A DNA stretch of 64,000 nucleotides from Wickerhamiella versatilis (lineage: Eukaryota): positions 1 to 64,000 of the forward strand of contig JAQOWU010000007.1 of NCBI GenBank assembly GCA_030867685.1, in the 5' to 3' direction. The notes under the pieces are model-generated. The model ran no database searches. It was not told the DNA's origin and worked only from the letters and a program-made list of their open reading frames with translations. Positions 45,127-55,901 of the stretch are shown here, piece after piece. The translations under genes were made by a program, and so were the position numbers. The first letter of the stretch is position 1, and each line of letters starts with the position of its first letter.

Positions 45127-46098
45127 TCAGCCTGGCAAGCCGGCACCACCAACAATACCTAATATTTGACCCGTATAGTAGCTACTTTCTGTCGTAGCCA
45201 AAAGCACGTACGTACTTGCGATCTCTGCTGGCTGCCCAGGTCTTCCTATTGGGACATCGCTTCCATACTTTTCTACCGCAGACATAGGCTGCCCACCAGA
45301 TACTTGAAGGGGAGTCCAGAATGGACCTGGCGCCACTGCGTTAACTCGAATTCCCTTAGGTATGAGCTGCTTTGCCATGCTCTTAGTGAAATCAGCAATG
45401 GCTGCTTTCGTCAAACTGTAGTCAACAATGATCTGACTAGGGTCGTAGGCATTCGACGAGGCAGTGTTGACTATCGAGCTTCCAGGGGGCATGTGGGGTA
45501 TAGCTGCTTTCGTCAGCCAGAATAAAGCATACAGATTGGTACGCAGCGTCCAATCGAAATCTTCGGTCGTCAAATTTAAAATGCTTTCGTGGTAAAGCTG
45601 CCTTCCCGCGACATTTACCAATCCGTCCAAGCCACCAAGAGTATTTACCGCAGTCTCAATTAGGTCTTCGCAAAATGATTCATTACGAAGATCACCAGGG
45701 TAACCAACAGCTTTTCTTCCGGCTGCTCTGATCAAGTCTAATACCTCTTGGGCATCTTCTTCCTCCTGAGGCAGATAATTTATCACGACGTCTGCTCCCT
45801 CTCTCGCGATGGCAATTGCGGCAGCTCGTCCAATTCCCGAGTCACCACCAGTAATGACAACCCTGCGGCCAGCCATTTTTCCGGTTCCTTGGTAAGATCC
45901 TTCACCATGGTCCGGTCGCGGATCCATCTTAGATGCAAGTCCAGGCCATTCTTGGGGTTGCGACCGAAATGATGCTGGATGGTACAACTTAAATGGGTCT
46001 GATAACCCAGGGGAATCTGTGATATTGTATAAGTTGGACTCAGCACTGACTCTAGTAGTCAATAACGCAAAAAATAGTCCAAATGTTGTAAAGAACAT
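45127..46098 (-). CDS. YghA/YdaD-like SDR oxidoreductase with N-terminal signal peptide
   Basis: PRPDHGEGSYQGTGK, ITGGDSGIGRAAAIA, DYSLTK (YxxxK), GIRVNAVAPGPFWTPLQ and GRPGQPAE; hydrophobic leader MFFTTFGLFFALLTTRVSA. Confidence 0.93.
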   Translation of the reverse strand: MFFTTFGLFFALLTTRVSAESNLYNITDSPGLSDPFKLYHPASFRSQPQEWPGLASKMDPRPDHGEGSYQGTGKMAGRRVVITGGDSGIGRAAAIAIAREGADVVINYLPQEEEDAQEVLDLIRAAGRKAVGYPGDLRNESFCEDLIETAVNTLGGLDGLVNVAGRQLYHESILNLTTEDFDWTLRTNLYALFWLTKAAIPHMPPGSSIVNTASSNAYDPSQIIVDYSLTKAAIADFTKSMAKQLIPKGIRVNAVAPGPFWTPLQVSGGQPMSAVEKYGSDVPIGRPGQPAEIASTYVLLATTESSYYTGQILGIVGGAGLPG

Positions 46099-46400
46099 TT
46101 TATTTTAAAAACTAGTGAGAGGCTCAGCAGTTAAGTACCTTTCAAATTTGAAGCAATTCCTAACCCGCATCGCTTACTCAATGACACATTTTAGGAGCGT
46201 TGTCTCAGGAGAATCGGTGATATTGTATGAGTTGGACTCAGCAGCCCTGATTATAATAGCCAATAACACTAAAATAATAGCCCAAATACTATATAGAAAT
46301 TTTTACTTGAAAAGCCAGTGAGAAGTTCAGCAATTAAGTACCTTTCAAATCCGAGCAAAACCCCAACCCAATTATCTCACTCAAGAATACTTCCTAGGAA
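46012..46400. repeat. Diverged ~195-bp tandem duplication of SDR 5' end and promoter
   Basis: GTGATATTGTAT.AGTTGGACTCAGCA at ~46019 and ~46217; AGTGAGA.G.TCAGCA.TTAAGTACCTTTCAAAT at ~46114 and ~46317. Confidence 0.87.
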
Positions 46401-47627
46401 AGTTGACGATCCCGAATCGGGCTAGTAGGACATTGCAAGATAAAACAAGAACGTAAATAGGATAACAGTAAAGCTAGATGCCTATTAGAGACTTAGTTAT
46501 ACTACCGATCTCTCATCACTCAGCTGTGCCCTGGTAGACTCGAGGATTGCAGTTGACTATGATCACCGCGCCGATGAAACCTTATTAAGTACCTCTTATC
46601 TTAGTAAATTGTCGCGGAACATGCCTAATCGTTGGAACAAGAAGCCTCATTCGATCTATAATGGCTTTGAATATTTAATGGCATTTCACGTCATCTCCTG
46701 TGATTTTTGGTAACTGTGATGCGCGATAATCATATTTTGCAGCATGTTATAGTCTCGGATAGCATGATAACATTCTAGACCTATAATTCCTGAGTAATGC
46801 AGTGGGCTCCTTCTAGGTGTATGTCAAGTAGAGATACCAATTAGAATGCTAGGTATTTCTCGGAGTCTAATAGAATCTATTTTGCTTCATTACAGACTCA
46901 TTCACTAAATTGCAATGGAGAACTGCCAGAGCTTCAAGACGCTCTTCATACACGTGATAAGGTGTCCATTCCAACTACGGACGAGTATTAGCGGCCTGAT
47001 ATACTCTATTAGTGGGCATATTCCCATTTATAACGTTCCATTCAGACCTTGCACACTTCTGTTGTCGCGATCTGTAGGTTACCACCGAAAGCATTGAAGC
47101 GCACAACCCTTACCACGTTGCTTGGTGACGTCGAGATCTTCCGGGATAAATCATCGCGGTGATTGTTCCGATGAGATCGCCATGTCGTCGAACAAATCAT
47201 GAAAGCATCAATCCTAAGTTGTGGCGAGAACTTTGAGGTATTCAATTGCGGAGAAAAGTGTTCGAAACGATACTTTGGTGATCGAAGTTGGAGCGTAGGC
47301 GATTTGTAGTGCACTTACAGTAGACCCTTGAGTGCATTTTAGAGAGAGTCTTCGATTTGGTGGCATGACCTTGATAAAGCAGACATGTCGAACCTAGAGA
47401 AGCTTGCTATTTGACTATTTCCATTTACGCTTCTGAGCAGGGGTTTTGATAATTTTGCTAGAAATAAATAGCAGCGTTTAGTCGGTGTCTACGACCCTCT
47501 TTGACGAATTGAACCAGCAGCTGAAAATTTGGTCGCTCGCAGCTAATTATCTTGTTGTCTAATTATTTTTACGCTCGTCGCCGGAACACCCTGTCCGCAT
47601 ATGGTATCTGTATCAAGTAAATTAAGT

Positions 47628-49307
47628 TTAGCTAAGCGGGCTGCCTAGCCAGTTGATGTGGTCAGTGACAGTCTCCGAGGTCGACTGATTGTAATTCCAG
47701 TAGAAGTCGAAGTAAGCCGGCACATTGCTGCTCTCGGGTTTGCAAGTCGCGTTGTAGTTGTTCGCAGCAGCCTGCGCAGAGACATGGGCAGTCCAGTCCT
47801 CAAGTGAACAGCTGTAGCCGGGACCCTCGTAGCAGAAGTCAAGCGGCACGACGGCTTCGTTAAGCAGCAGTCGCACGAAGTACGAGTCATTCAGCTCCGC
47901 ACCGTCGGTGGAACCGGCGGTGATGTTGTAGCCGTAAACACTCGTTGTATTGGAGTCCGAGACAGAGCCGTTCGTCAGACTCACCGTCGTGCTGTTCTTG
48001 TAGTTCGGCGAGAAATACGAGGTGTTGCTCTTCACGGGCTGACCATAACTCGCATTCAAGTATGAGTTTGGGAGCGTTGCGTTTGCAGAAATGAAGTCAC
48101 TGCTGTTCGTCAGATCAGGTGCACGGCACTTCAATCTCTCAAGTGTGAGCTGCGCACCCATCGGCACGATGTCGCTGATATCCCAGAGAGTATCGAATGT
48201 AACCTTGTCAGCACGGAGCTCCTTAAGCGGCGAAAGAATATCGAGACCGCCGAGAAAACTCGTAATGTCAGTGTCGTGTAGGAAGTTCAGCAGCAGGGGC
48301 AGGCCCGAGCCTCCGGGGCCCTGGTTCAGGACGGTCGTCGTCGCGTTCGCGAGGTTGGTGCCGAATGCACGACCCTTTTTCGACCCACCACCGAAGTTGC
48401 AGTAGAACCAGAGACCTTTCTGGTACTCATACGCGTTCCACTCGTCGCGAGTGAACACATCGAGCCAGGGAGAGTCGCCGTGGGCGCTCACATCGAAGCT
48501 GGCGATCTCAAAGAGCTGGAAGATATCTGCTGCTGTGAGGTGCAGACCATGCTCCGTGTTCAAGCGTATTGCCGCCTCGTCGTATTCGGGATACGCGATG
48601 TCGTACAGTGAATTCAATTGTGTGTTGTCAGGCACACTGCATTCTGTCCACTCATCAAGTTCGCAAAAGTACGGCGATAACGAGTTTCCGCCAGCCTTCG
48701 GCGACTCGCTGATCACATTGACCTCCGCAATATCGGTGTAATTGTAGCCAGCAAAGCCCCGCCCCCAAGAGCGGGCCGTCTGGATAACACGTTCCGAACC
48801 AGATACAAAGAAGGGAACACCGCTCTGTCTGTCCCACAGGTGGCCATAGCGGCCAAAGAATGTGCTGCCCTTCTCGAAGGCGTCGGCGGTTCCGGCATAG
48901 GGACCCTTTGTGATCTCGAGGCCAGCATCGCCTTCAGACTCGAGGAAGTACTCCCAAGAGTTCAAGAAGGTGAGGTCACCGGTGTAGGGGCCAGACGTCG
49001 AGTCCGCAATCTTCTCGAGCACGGAACGCTGGGCCTTCGCATCGGAAGCGCTAGGGTAGCGCTCGCCATGGCGCTGCAAGAGCACGACCTGGTCGATTTC
49101 GCATCCAGCAGGGACATCTGTGGAAATTCCATTGCCTGAACGAGAGCTGTACGGGCCGAGGCCACCAAGGTACTTCAAAGGCGAATACCGGTCAGTAAAC
49201 TTTTGGTCGTACGGCTTGTTGACAGGGACCGATTTGCCGGAGGGCTTGAAAGCATGGGAATCACCAGTAAGAGCTATAAGTATCAGCGACAGTGAAATGA
49301 CATACAT
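47628..49307 (-). CDS. Secreted histidine acid phosphatase / 3-phytase
   Basis: Signal peptide; RHGERYP and FLHDTDI motifs; VPMGA; VRLLLNEAVVPL..C..GPGYSC. Confidence 0.94.
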   Translation of the reverse strand: MYVISLSLILIALTGDSHAFKPSGKSVPVNKPYDQKFTDRYSPLKYLGGLGPYSSRSGNGISTDVPAGCEIDQVVLLQRHGERYPSASDAKAQRSVLEKIADSTSGPYTGDLTFLNSWEYFLESEGDAGLEITKGPYAGTADAFEKGSTFFGRYGHLWDRQSGVPFFVSGSERVIQTARSWGRGFAGYNYTDIAEVNVISESPKAGGNSLSPYFCELDEWTECSVPDNTQLNSLYDIAYPEYDEAAIRLNTEHGLHLTAADIFQLFEIASFDVSAHGDSPWLDVFTRDEWNAYEYQKGLWFYCNFGGGSKKGRAFGTNLANATTTVLNQGPGGSGLPLLLNFLHDTDITSFLGGLDILSPLKELRADKVTFDTLWDISDIVPMGAQLTLERLKCRAPDLTNSSDFISANATLPNSYLNASYGQPVKSNTSYFSPNYKNSTTVSLTNGSVSDSNTTSVYGYNITAGSTDGAELNDSYFVRLLLNEAVVPLDFCYEGPGYSCSLEDWTAHVSAQAAANNYNATCKPESSNVPAYFDFYWNYNQSTSETVTDHINWLGSPLS

Positions 49308-49881
49308 CGCAGAGAATGCAAGATGTTATGATATTTAGGAATCATGTTATTAATGACTATGTGCATTAGATGACATAACCTTGTTATTAGTACGTAATGC
49401 TGAGACGCATGCCAATAGTATTCTAGTATAACTGGGGGAAATATGCATGCTCAGGGTAGCTATCGCTACTATGAAGGCATGCATTCTACCGTAACTGTTG
49501 CTTGAGAGCCGCTGTGCGTTAAATGCGAAGAGAAAGAGAGATAAATACACAGTATTTACGTACAGTAATAAATAACGTCACTTGCTAACAAATACTACCC
49601 AAAAAGGCTTAATGGTATGTCATACGAAGATAAGGATAAAGATAAGACCCCTCACTTACTCGTACCATTTACCTTTTGACACTGGCGAGTAGCCAAGCTT
49701 GTATGTGAATGTATTCGCTCGTAACTTGGCCCATTTGTCAGTATTCTGCTTCAAGAAAAAAAGGGCATATGGTGGAATGATTAAGGAATGTACCTCAATT
49801 TAGTATAAATATAAGTATTTATCTTAAGATGATCATGCATTAGATTTACAATACGGACCGAAATATGTGAAATGTGGTTAT

Positions 49882-50680
49882 TGGTTGGACAATGCAAGAT
49901 AGCCCACTTGTCAATAACAGCTTATTTATATCATCGGCGTTCTATGCTTAAGATAATAAAACATGAAGTTCAGCCTATACACAAATACAGATCAGCTCAA
50001 CAAAATCTTTATCCGAGATCCCAATAATATTGTCGAATTTTTTGCCCCCTTTAGAGCTTGGTCTGGTCCACTCTTGTAACCCACTAGTCGAGGAAGAAAT
50101 AACCGTTCCGCGAGGCAATGCAAGATAGCCCACTGCTTAAGTGGGCGGACGACCTGTACATTTCTACTTAAATGTTTGTCTTCACTGATATGTTCTTTAG
50201 TAGGCACTTTTACTATGTAAGATTTAATGTATTTTTAATTTGGTATTACAATCAAAATTGATTCATCTAGGGAGTTCGTGATTAAGATTATTGCATATCT
50301 TTAGCGAAGCCGTCTTATTCATGTAATGTAAAGTAGAGAGAGATTTCGCAAGAGAGATATCAGCTACCAGACCTTTAAGCGTGCAATGTTCGAAGGTTCT
50401 AATAGACAGACGGATAGCACACCATACCACCCGAGAAGTGCGTGTAAGAACATAAAGGAAGAGCACTTGTGTAATCTATATGTTATCATCCATCCGTGAT
50501 TTGTCTGCTCAGAGGACTTCTGCGGGCTATCTTGCATTAGTAGGCTAACGGTGTGTTCCAATATCTTCTCTAAGCTAAGGACATAAATGTTTGGTAAGAA
50601 CACGGTGACTCTCATTTCGCTTAATGCATCAAAGAAAATTGGTTTGGGCTTGATTGTATAGTTCAACCGGTCTCAGGTAG
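49882..50680. repeat. Cluster of 41-bp repeat fragments (49882-49909 and 50116-50134 minus; 50524-50538 and 50664-50680 plus)
   Basis: TGGTTGGACAATGCAAGATAGCCCACTT; CAATGCAAGATAGCCCACT; GGGCTATCTTGCATT; CAACCGGTCTCAGGTAG. Confidence 0.88.
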
Positions 50681-50742
50681 CAATGACGTAGGTATAGCAG
50701 ATAATGACCGATTAATCATCCGAGCACTTTTGCACAAGTCCC

Positions 50743-51681
50743 ATGTATCTCGGTCGTCTGCAGATACTACTCAGCGCGTGCACCATTTTGCCATGTATTG
50801 CTGTTTTTTTCGAAACTGTAGGGTCTCTCAGAGACACTACGGAGGCGGGTGACACGGCAAGACTGATGTTTGTTTTTGCAATAATTACAGCTATCGTCTG
50901 TCTTACTGATATCGCTATCAGTGCATCATTGTTGCTATTTGATAACCTGAGTTATAACACTAGGTCTGCTTTGGCTTTTATAAGCTATATTTTGAGATAC
51001 TCATTTGGTTGCGGTATGTTAGCATTAGCAAGTGTGATTGGGAGCGTGGCCTACTGGCTCATTCAAGCACTTCTCATGGTGAACTCCTTCTTAAGGGCCT
51101 GCCAGTTTATAATGGAAAAAGTTGAGGAAGTAAGGGCCAAGAGAAATAGTGGGAATGTGGCTAATTATGACAATTATAAGTCGACACCCGGTGAGGTCAG
51201 GGCACTACACGTGACCGAAAACATATTATTGGCACTTAGTGGAGTATTCTTGCTGTTTTCTTTGTCAGTTGGCTTCAAAGTGTGCTCCAATGCAACTAAG
51301 GACCTCGTGGCTGGAAGCGAGCTTGGCTGCGCTGTATTTGCATCTATGTACAATTTGGCCAACATAGGTATAATCAGGTTCTTGAAAGATCCAATTTCCC
51401 AGAATCCTGACCTGCGCAGAACTAGGCTCTCTTTAAATTATGAGTCTATCATGAGACCCCTTATGGGAACGACTGGTCTGGGAACGCTTGGTTTACTACT
51501 TGGAGGTCGCATCAGGAATGAAGCAACAACATATTGGGCATTTCTTATACTCTTCACCACATCTCTTGTCTTACAGGTTCTCCGCTTGATCGTGGAAAAC
51601 CTGAAATATATGAAAAATAATGGAAATGTTACTGGCACTGATCAAGGCCGTTATGAGCTGGTCTCAGGCGAGCAGCATTAG
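50743..51681 (+). CDS. Hypothetical multi-pass membrane protein
   Basis: 312-aa ORF with ATG start and about 7-8 hydrophobic segments; no family recognised. Confidence 0.72.
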   Translation: MYLGRLQILLSACTILPCIAVFFETVGSLRDTTEAGDTARLMFVFAIITAIVCLTDIAISASLLLFDNLSYNTRSALAFISYILRYSFGCGMLALASVIGSVAYWLIQALLMVNSFLRACQFIMEKVEEVRAKRNSGNVANYDNYKSTPGEVRALHVTENILLALSGVFLLFSLSVGFKVCSNATKDLVAGSELGCAVFASMYNLANIGIIRFLKDPISQNPDLRRTRLSLNYESIMRPLMGTTGLGTLGLLLGGRIRNEATTYWAFLILFTTSLVLQVLRLIVENLKYMKNNGNVTGTDQGRYELVSGEQH

Positions 51682-52034
51682 CATAAGCTCCCAGGGCTTT
51701 TTTCCATGAGTCGCCATACCACACATTTTGCTGATATGACTTACGCACGAAAAATAGCATAATAAAATGAAAGTTATAGTCCCCTATGAACTACGGTTGG
51801 ATTTCAATATCCGATAAGCATTCAATCTTGTGAGTCTTTTTTCAATCAAACAAACTATGCAGAACCTATCGCCATTCAGCAAGTGTCAGAGAAGGCTACT
51901 AAAGATTGCTACTTAATTTTCAAATACTTTTTATTTGGAGCACCTATTCTTGCATTTTCTACAACGATTGCGGTATATGAATTTGGGTAACACATAACAT
52001 GTTGGAGTATAATAACGTATAACGATACTTATGG

Positions 52035-52210
52035 GGGCTATCTTGCATTGTCCAACCAGACAAGATCTCTACCATAGTACCGGCCCCTTCATCAATCCGG
52101 CTGTTTATAAAAAAGACGATTAAAAAAAGTCGATGAATATCTTGCATTATCCAACCCAAAACTACATAACCATGAGGGGCCGAAATTGGTTGGACGATGC
52201 AAGGTAGCCC
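52035..52210. repeat. Three 41-bp repeat fragments; 52138-52156 (+) and 52187-52210 (-) form an inverted pair
   Basis: GGGCTATCTTGCATTGTCCAACCAG; TATCTTGCATTATCCAACC; TGGTTGGACGATGCAAGGTAGCCC. Confidence 0.88.
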
Positions 52211-52301
52211 CCAGGTAAGAAAAATCAGAAAAAATATAACAGCAGACTTATCTAGATCTAATGTCACTTCGCTCAAGGAAAGTGGATTGATATTGATCCA
52301 T

Positions 52302-55300
52302 CTAAAAGACTACAAGGAAAAACGTTACAATAACACCAAGAGCTCCAAAAGGTGTCTTCCTACAAGCAGCGTTGGCGACAGCTAGTGAAGTCTCACTTGG
52401 TTGTGACTCCGGAGAAGAACTGGCACTTTGCAATGGTACTGTCGTTGGACGTACAGCGCCAGTAGAAGATTTAAGAGTCTTACTTCCACCATTATCAGAT
52501 GATGTTTCAAAGCCATCTTGTTCTGGCACTGTAGCAGTACTACTCAACTTGGTTGTGGTCGGTACCGCAGAACTAGACTCCCTAGTGCCCCCATTTGTCT
52601 CAGTAAATGTAACTGAACCGCGAACGCTTGTTGGATTGATGTCCGAAAGGGATTCTGAGCTGATACTAGGTCCACTACTTGGCGTCACAATTGATGGGCT
52701 GGGGGTAATACTGGACAGAGAAGAACTTTCGGCGACGGTAATAGACGAAATGCTAATAGGTTGAAATGCACTTGAAAAGATACCAATATCGGAGCTTGAC
52801 GAAGAGGAGCTACCTGCGGTGGCACTAGATGAAACCACAACTGAGGAGGTATCAGGAACGATACTTGCCGAGATGCCGGGGGAGACAAACCGTGATGATA
52901 TGTTCCAGCCAGCAAATGAGCTTGGGGTCAGAGCTGGCTGGGAGATAGAAGTTGATTGGCTGGCACCTAATGAGCCAGAGGTGCTACTAGCCTGTTTTGG
53001 CAGTTGAGAACTAGTGCTTGATTTCACCAACTTGGGCTGTGCGGATTTACTTGTGCTGGATGACTTCGTAGAAGATCCAGAAATTGAGGAGGTACTGGTC
53101 TTGACTCTGGACGAAGAGAGAGCATTCTTCGAGCTAGCCGGGCTTGTAGCAGTGGATTCGGAAACTGTACTCGCTGGCGTCTCAACAGTCACCTGTGGCA
53201 CAGTGTACGTATGGTCATCTGTTGTAATGGTTTTTGATCCATTAATGGTGGTTGCTACTGTGCCACTCCACGGAACAGTGGTGGTCTCACCAGGCAAAGT
53301 TGTTGGAGTCTCCACTGTCACCTGTGGCACAGTGTACGTATGGTCATTTGTTGTAATAGTCTCTTCACCAGTAACAGTAGTTGCTGCTGTGCCACTCCAA
53401 GGGATAGTGGTAGCCGCACCAGGGAAAGTTGTTGGTGTCTCCACCGTCACCTGTGGCACAGTGTACGTATGGTCATCTGTTGTAATAGTTTTTGATCCAT
53501 TAATAGTGGTTGCTACTGTGCCACTCCAAGGAACAGTGGTGGTCTCACCAGGGAGACTTGTTGGTGTCTCCACAGTAACCGCTGGTATAGTGTACGTATT
53601 ATCATCTGTTGTGATAGTTTTTGATCCATTGATAGTGGTTGCTACTGTGCCACTCCAAGGAACAGTGGTGGTCTCACCAGGGAGACTTGTTGGTGTCTCC
53701 ACAGTAACCGCTGGTATAGTGTACGTATTATCATCTGTTGTGATAGTTTTTGATCCATTGATAGTGGTTGCTACTGTGCCACTCCAAGGAACAGTGGTGG
53801 TTTCACCAGGGAGACTTGTTGGTGTCTCCACTGTCACCTGTGGCACAGTGTACGTATGGTCATCTGTTGTGATAGTTTTTGATCCATTAATAGTGGTTGC
53901 TACTGTACCACTCCACGGAACAGTGGTGGTTTCACCAGGGAGACTTGTTGGTGTCTCCACCGTCACCTGTGGCACAGTGTACGTATGGTCATCTGTTGTA
54001 ATAGTTTTTGATCCATTAATAGTGGTTGCTACTGTGCCACTCCAAGGAACAGTGGTGGTCTCACCAGGGAGACTTGTTGGTGTCTCCACTGTCACCTGTG
54101 GTACAGTGTACGTATGGTCATTTGTCGTGATAGTTTTTGATCCATTAATAGTGGTTGCTACTGTACCACTCCACGGAACAGTGGTGGTCTCACCAGGGAG
54201 ACTTGTTGGTGTCTCCACAGTAACCGCTGGCACAGTGTACGTATGGTCATCTGTTGTGATAGTTTTTGATCCATTAATAGTGGTTGCTACTGTACCACTC
54301 CACGGAACAGTGGTGGTCTCACCAGGGAGACTAGTTGGAGTCTCCACCGTCACCTGTGGCACAGTGTACGTATGGTCATCTGTTGTGATAGTTTTTGATT
54401 CATTAATAGTGGTTGCTACTGTACCACTCCACGGAACAGTGGTGGTCTCACCAGGGAGACTTGTTGGAGTCTCCACCGTCACCTGTGGCACAGTGTACGT
54501 ATGGTCATCTGTTGTGATAGTTTTTGATCCATTAATAGTGGTTGCTACTGTACCACTCCACGGAACAGTGGTAGTCTCACCAGGGAGACTTGTTGGAGTC
54601 TCCACCGTCACCTGTGGCACAGTGTACGTATGGTCATTTGTTGTAATAGTCTCTTCGCCAGTAACAGTAGTTGCTACTGTGCCACTCCACGGAGCAGTGG
54701 TGGTATCACCAGGGAGACTTGTTGGTGTCTCCACCGTCACCTGTGGCACAGTGTACGTATGGCCATATTTTGTGATAGTCTCTTCGCCAGTAACAGTAGT
54801 TGCTACTGTACCACTCCACGGAACAGTGGTAGTCTCACCAGGGAGACTTTTTGGTGTCTCTACAGTCACCTCTGGCACAATGTATGTGTGAGTATTTGTT
54901 GCAATAGTCTCTATACCAGTAACAGTAGTTGCTACCGTGCCACTCCAAGGAATAGCAGTGGATATTGTGCATAAATCATCACCACCTTCAAGCTTTTGAT
55001 ATATGTTCGAGAGCTCTTCATATTTATTGCTTCCAGGTGTTTTCTGCTTCACTGTGAGTGTCATACCGTAAAGATTGTTGATGAAGGCAATCTGGACAGG
55101 GTACCAGCGGCCAGCTTCTAGATATACAGAAGCCTCAGCAACATTTTTTGTCGGATCGACTCCTGGGGAATCTGCGCATCCGTTTACTCCACACGTAGAC
55201 AAATAGAGGATAAAGTTGTCATCAATCACATTGCTCACATCGCCACAGCAATAATCAGAAAGAGTACTGCCTATCCGGAAACTCATCGTATCATCGGCAT

Positions 55301-55724
55301 CTCCAGTGAATTCATATATTCCAGAAACAGGGGGCACGTAGTACCCTGTAAGGTTTAATGAGATGTTATTGTTCACTGGAACAGGGACACCATATATTTC
55401 ATGTTGACCATCATTAAATCCGAAATTAAACGACACGGGTGGTCCTCCATCTCCTGCAACGTTAGAAGCTTTAGCTTGCTTACCGTCGATTTCGTAAGGG
55501 CCATAGAAAGTAAAATTGGTCCTGACATCGTTCAATTTATAATCGTCAGAAGCATCTCCCCATTGCCATTTCCAGTAATCAACGTTGAATCCTGAGCGTC
55601 CAGTAGAAGTAGGATTGGGACAACCCCATACGCTTTGTGCAGTCGCTGTTTCTGTGGGCGTTGCCTGTGCCTGGGCAACCGAGGCTAACACAGCACACAC
55701 CAGTCCGCAAGAAAAACTTCTCAT
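52302..55724 (-). CDS. GPI-anchored adhesin/flocculin with PA14/GLEYA lectin domain and tandem repeats
   Basis: Signal peptide MRSFSCGLVCAVLASVAQA; LTGYYVPPVSGIYEF, ADD and YLEAGRWYPVQIAFINN; Thr-rich repeats; Ser-rich stalk; GPI tail. Confidence 0.93.
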   Translation of the reverse strand: MRSFSCGLVCAVLASVAQAQATPTETATAQSVWGCPNPTSTGRSGFNVDYWKWQWGDASDDYKLNDVRTNFTFYGPYEIDGKQAKASNVAGDGGPPVSFNFGFNDGQHEIYGVPVPVNNNISLNLTGYYVPPVSGIYEFTGDADDTMSFRIGSTLSDYCCGDVSNVIDDNFILYLSTCGVNGCADSPGVDPTKNVAEASVYLEAGRWYPVQIAFINNLYGMTLTVKQKTPGSNKYEELSNIYQKLEGGDDLCTISTAIPWSGTVATTVTGIETIATNTHTYIVPEVTVETPKSLPGETTTVPWSGTVATTVTGEETITKYGHTYTVPQVTVETPTSLPGDTTTAPWSGTVATTVTGEETITTNDHTYTVPQVTVETPTSLPGETTTVPWSGTVATTINGSKTITTDDHTYTVPQVTVETPTSLPGETTTVPWSGTVATTINESKTITTDDHTYTVPQVTVETPTSLPGETTTVPWSGTVATTINGSKTITTDDHTYTVPAVTVETPTSLPGETTTVPWSGTVATTINGSKTITTNDHTYTVPQVTVETPTSLPGETTTVPWSGTVATTINGSKTITTDDHTYTVPQVTVETPTSLPGETTTVPWSGTVATTINGSKTITTDDHTYTVPQVTVETPTSLPGETTTVPWSGTVATTINGSKTITTDDNTYTIPAVTVETPTSLPGETTTVPWSGTVATTINGSKTITTDDNTYTIPAVTVETPTSLPGETTTVPWSGTVATTINGSKTITTDDHTYTVPQVTVETPTTFPGAATTIPWSGTAATTVTGEETITTNDHTYTVPQVTVETPTTLPGETTTVPWSGTVATTINGSKTITTDDHTYTVPQVTVETPASTVSESTATSPASSKNALSSSRVKTSTSSISGSSTKSSSTSKSAQPKLVKSSTSSQLPKQASSTSGSLGASQSTSISQPALTPSSFAGWNISSRFVSPGISASIVPDTSSVVVSSSATAGSSSSSSSDIGIFSSAFQPISISSITVAESSSLSSITPSPSIVTPSSGPSISSESLSDINPTSVRGSVTFTETNGGTRESSSAVPTTTKLSSTATVPEQDGFETSSDNGGSKTLKSSTGAVRPTTVPLQSASSSPESQPSETSLAVANAACRKTPFGALGVIVTFFLVVF
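53170..54965 (-). repeat. Intragenic tandem repeat, ~14 x 129 bp (43 aa)
   Basis: Unit PGETTTVPWSGTVATTINGSKTITTDDHTYTVPQVTVETPTSL; CCACTCCAAG recurs at 53521 and 53650. Confidence 0.95.
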
Positions 55725-55871
55725 TTGACCGATGCGGAGTGTTTCTTCATCCCAAGGAGAAGGTCCGCGACTTTTAAAAGGTGCCATGACATCTTGCGGC
55801 AAGGTTATACACGCTTAGCATTCCAATACGGTTTTAGGGTTAGTCGCACGGGACCTACCTACCCTAACCTT

Positions 55872-55901
55872 GACTAGTTGGACAGCGCAAGATAGCCCAC
55901 T
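55872..55901 (-). repeat. Dispersed 41-bp repeat fragment
   Basis: GACTAGTTGGACAGCGCAAGATAGCCCACT. Confidence 0.87.

Noticed and set aside
6116-46098. Bacterial contamination or chimeric assembly
   Set aside because: The genes are interleaved with yeast genes and the same repeat, show TATA boxes or eukaryotic signal peptides in several cases, and lack operon structure.
53014-54891. 625-aa plus-strand ORF
   Set aside because: Antisense shadow of the adhesin tandem repeats.
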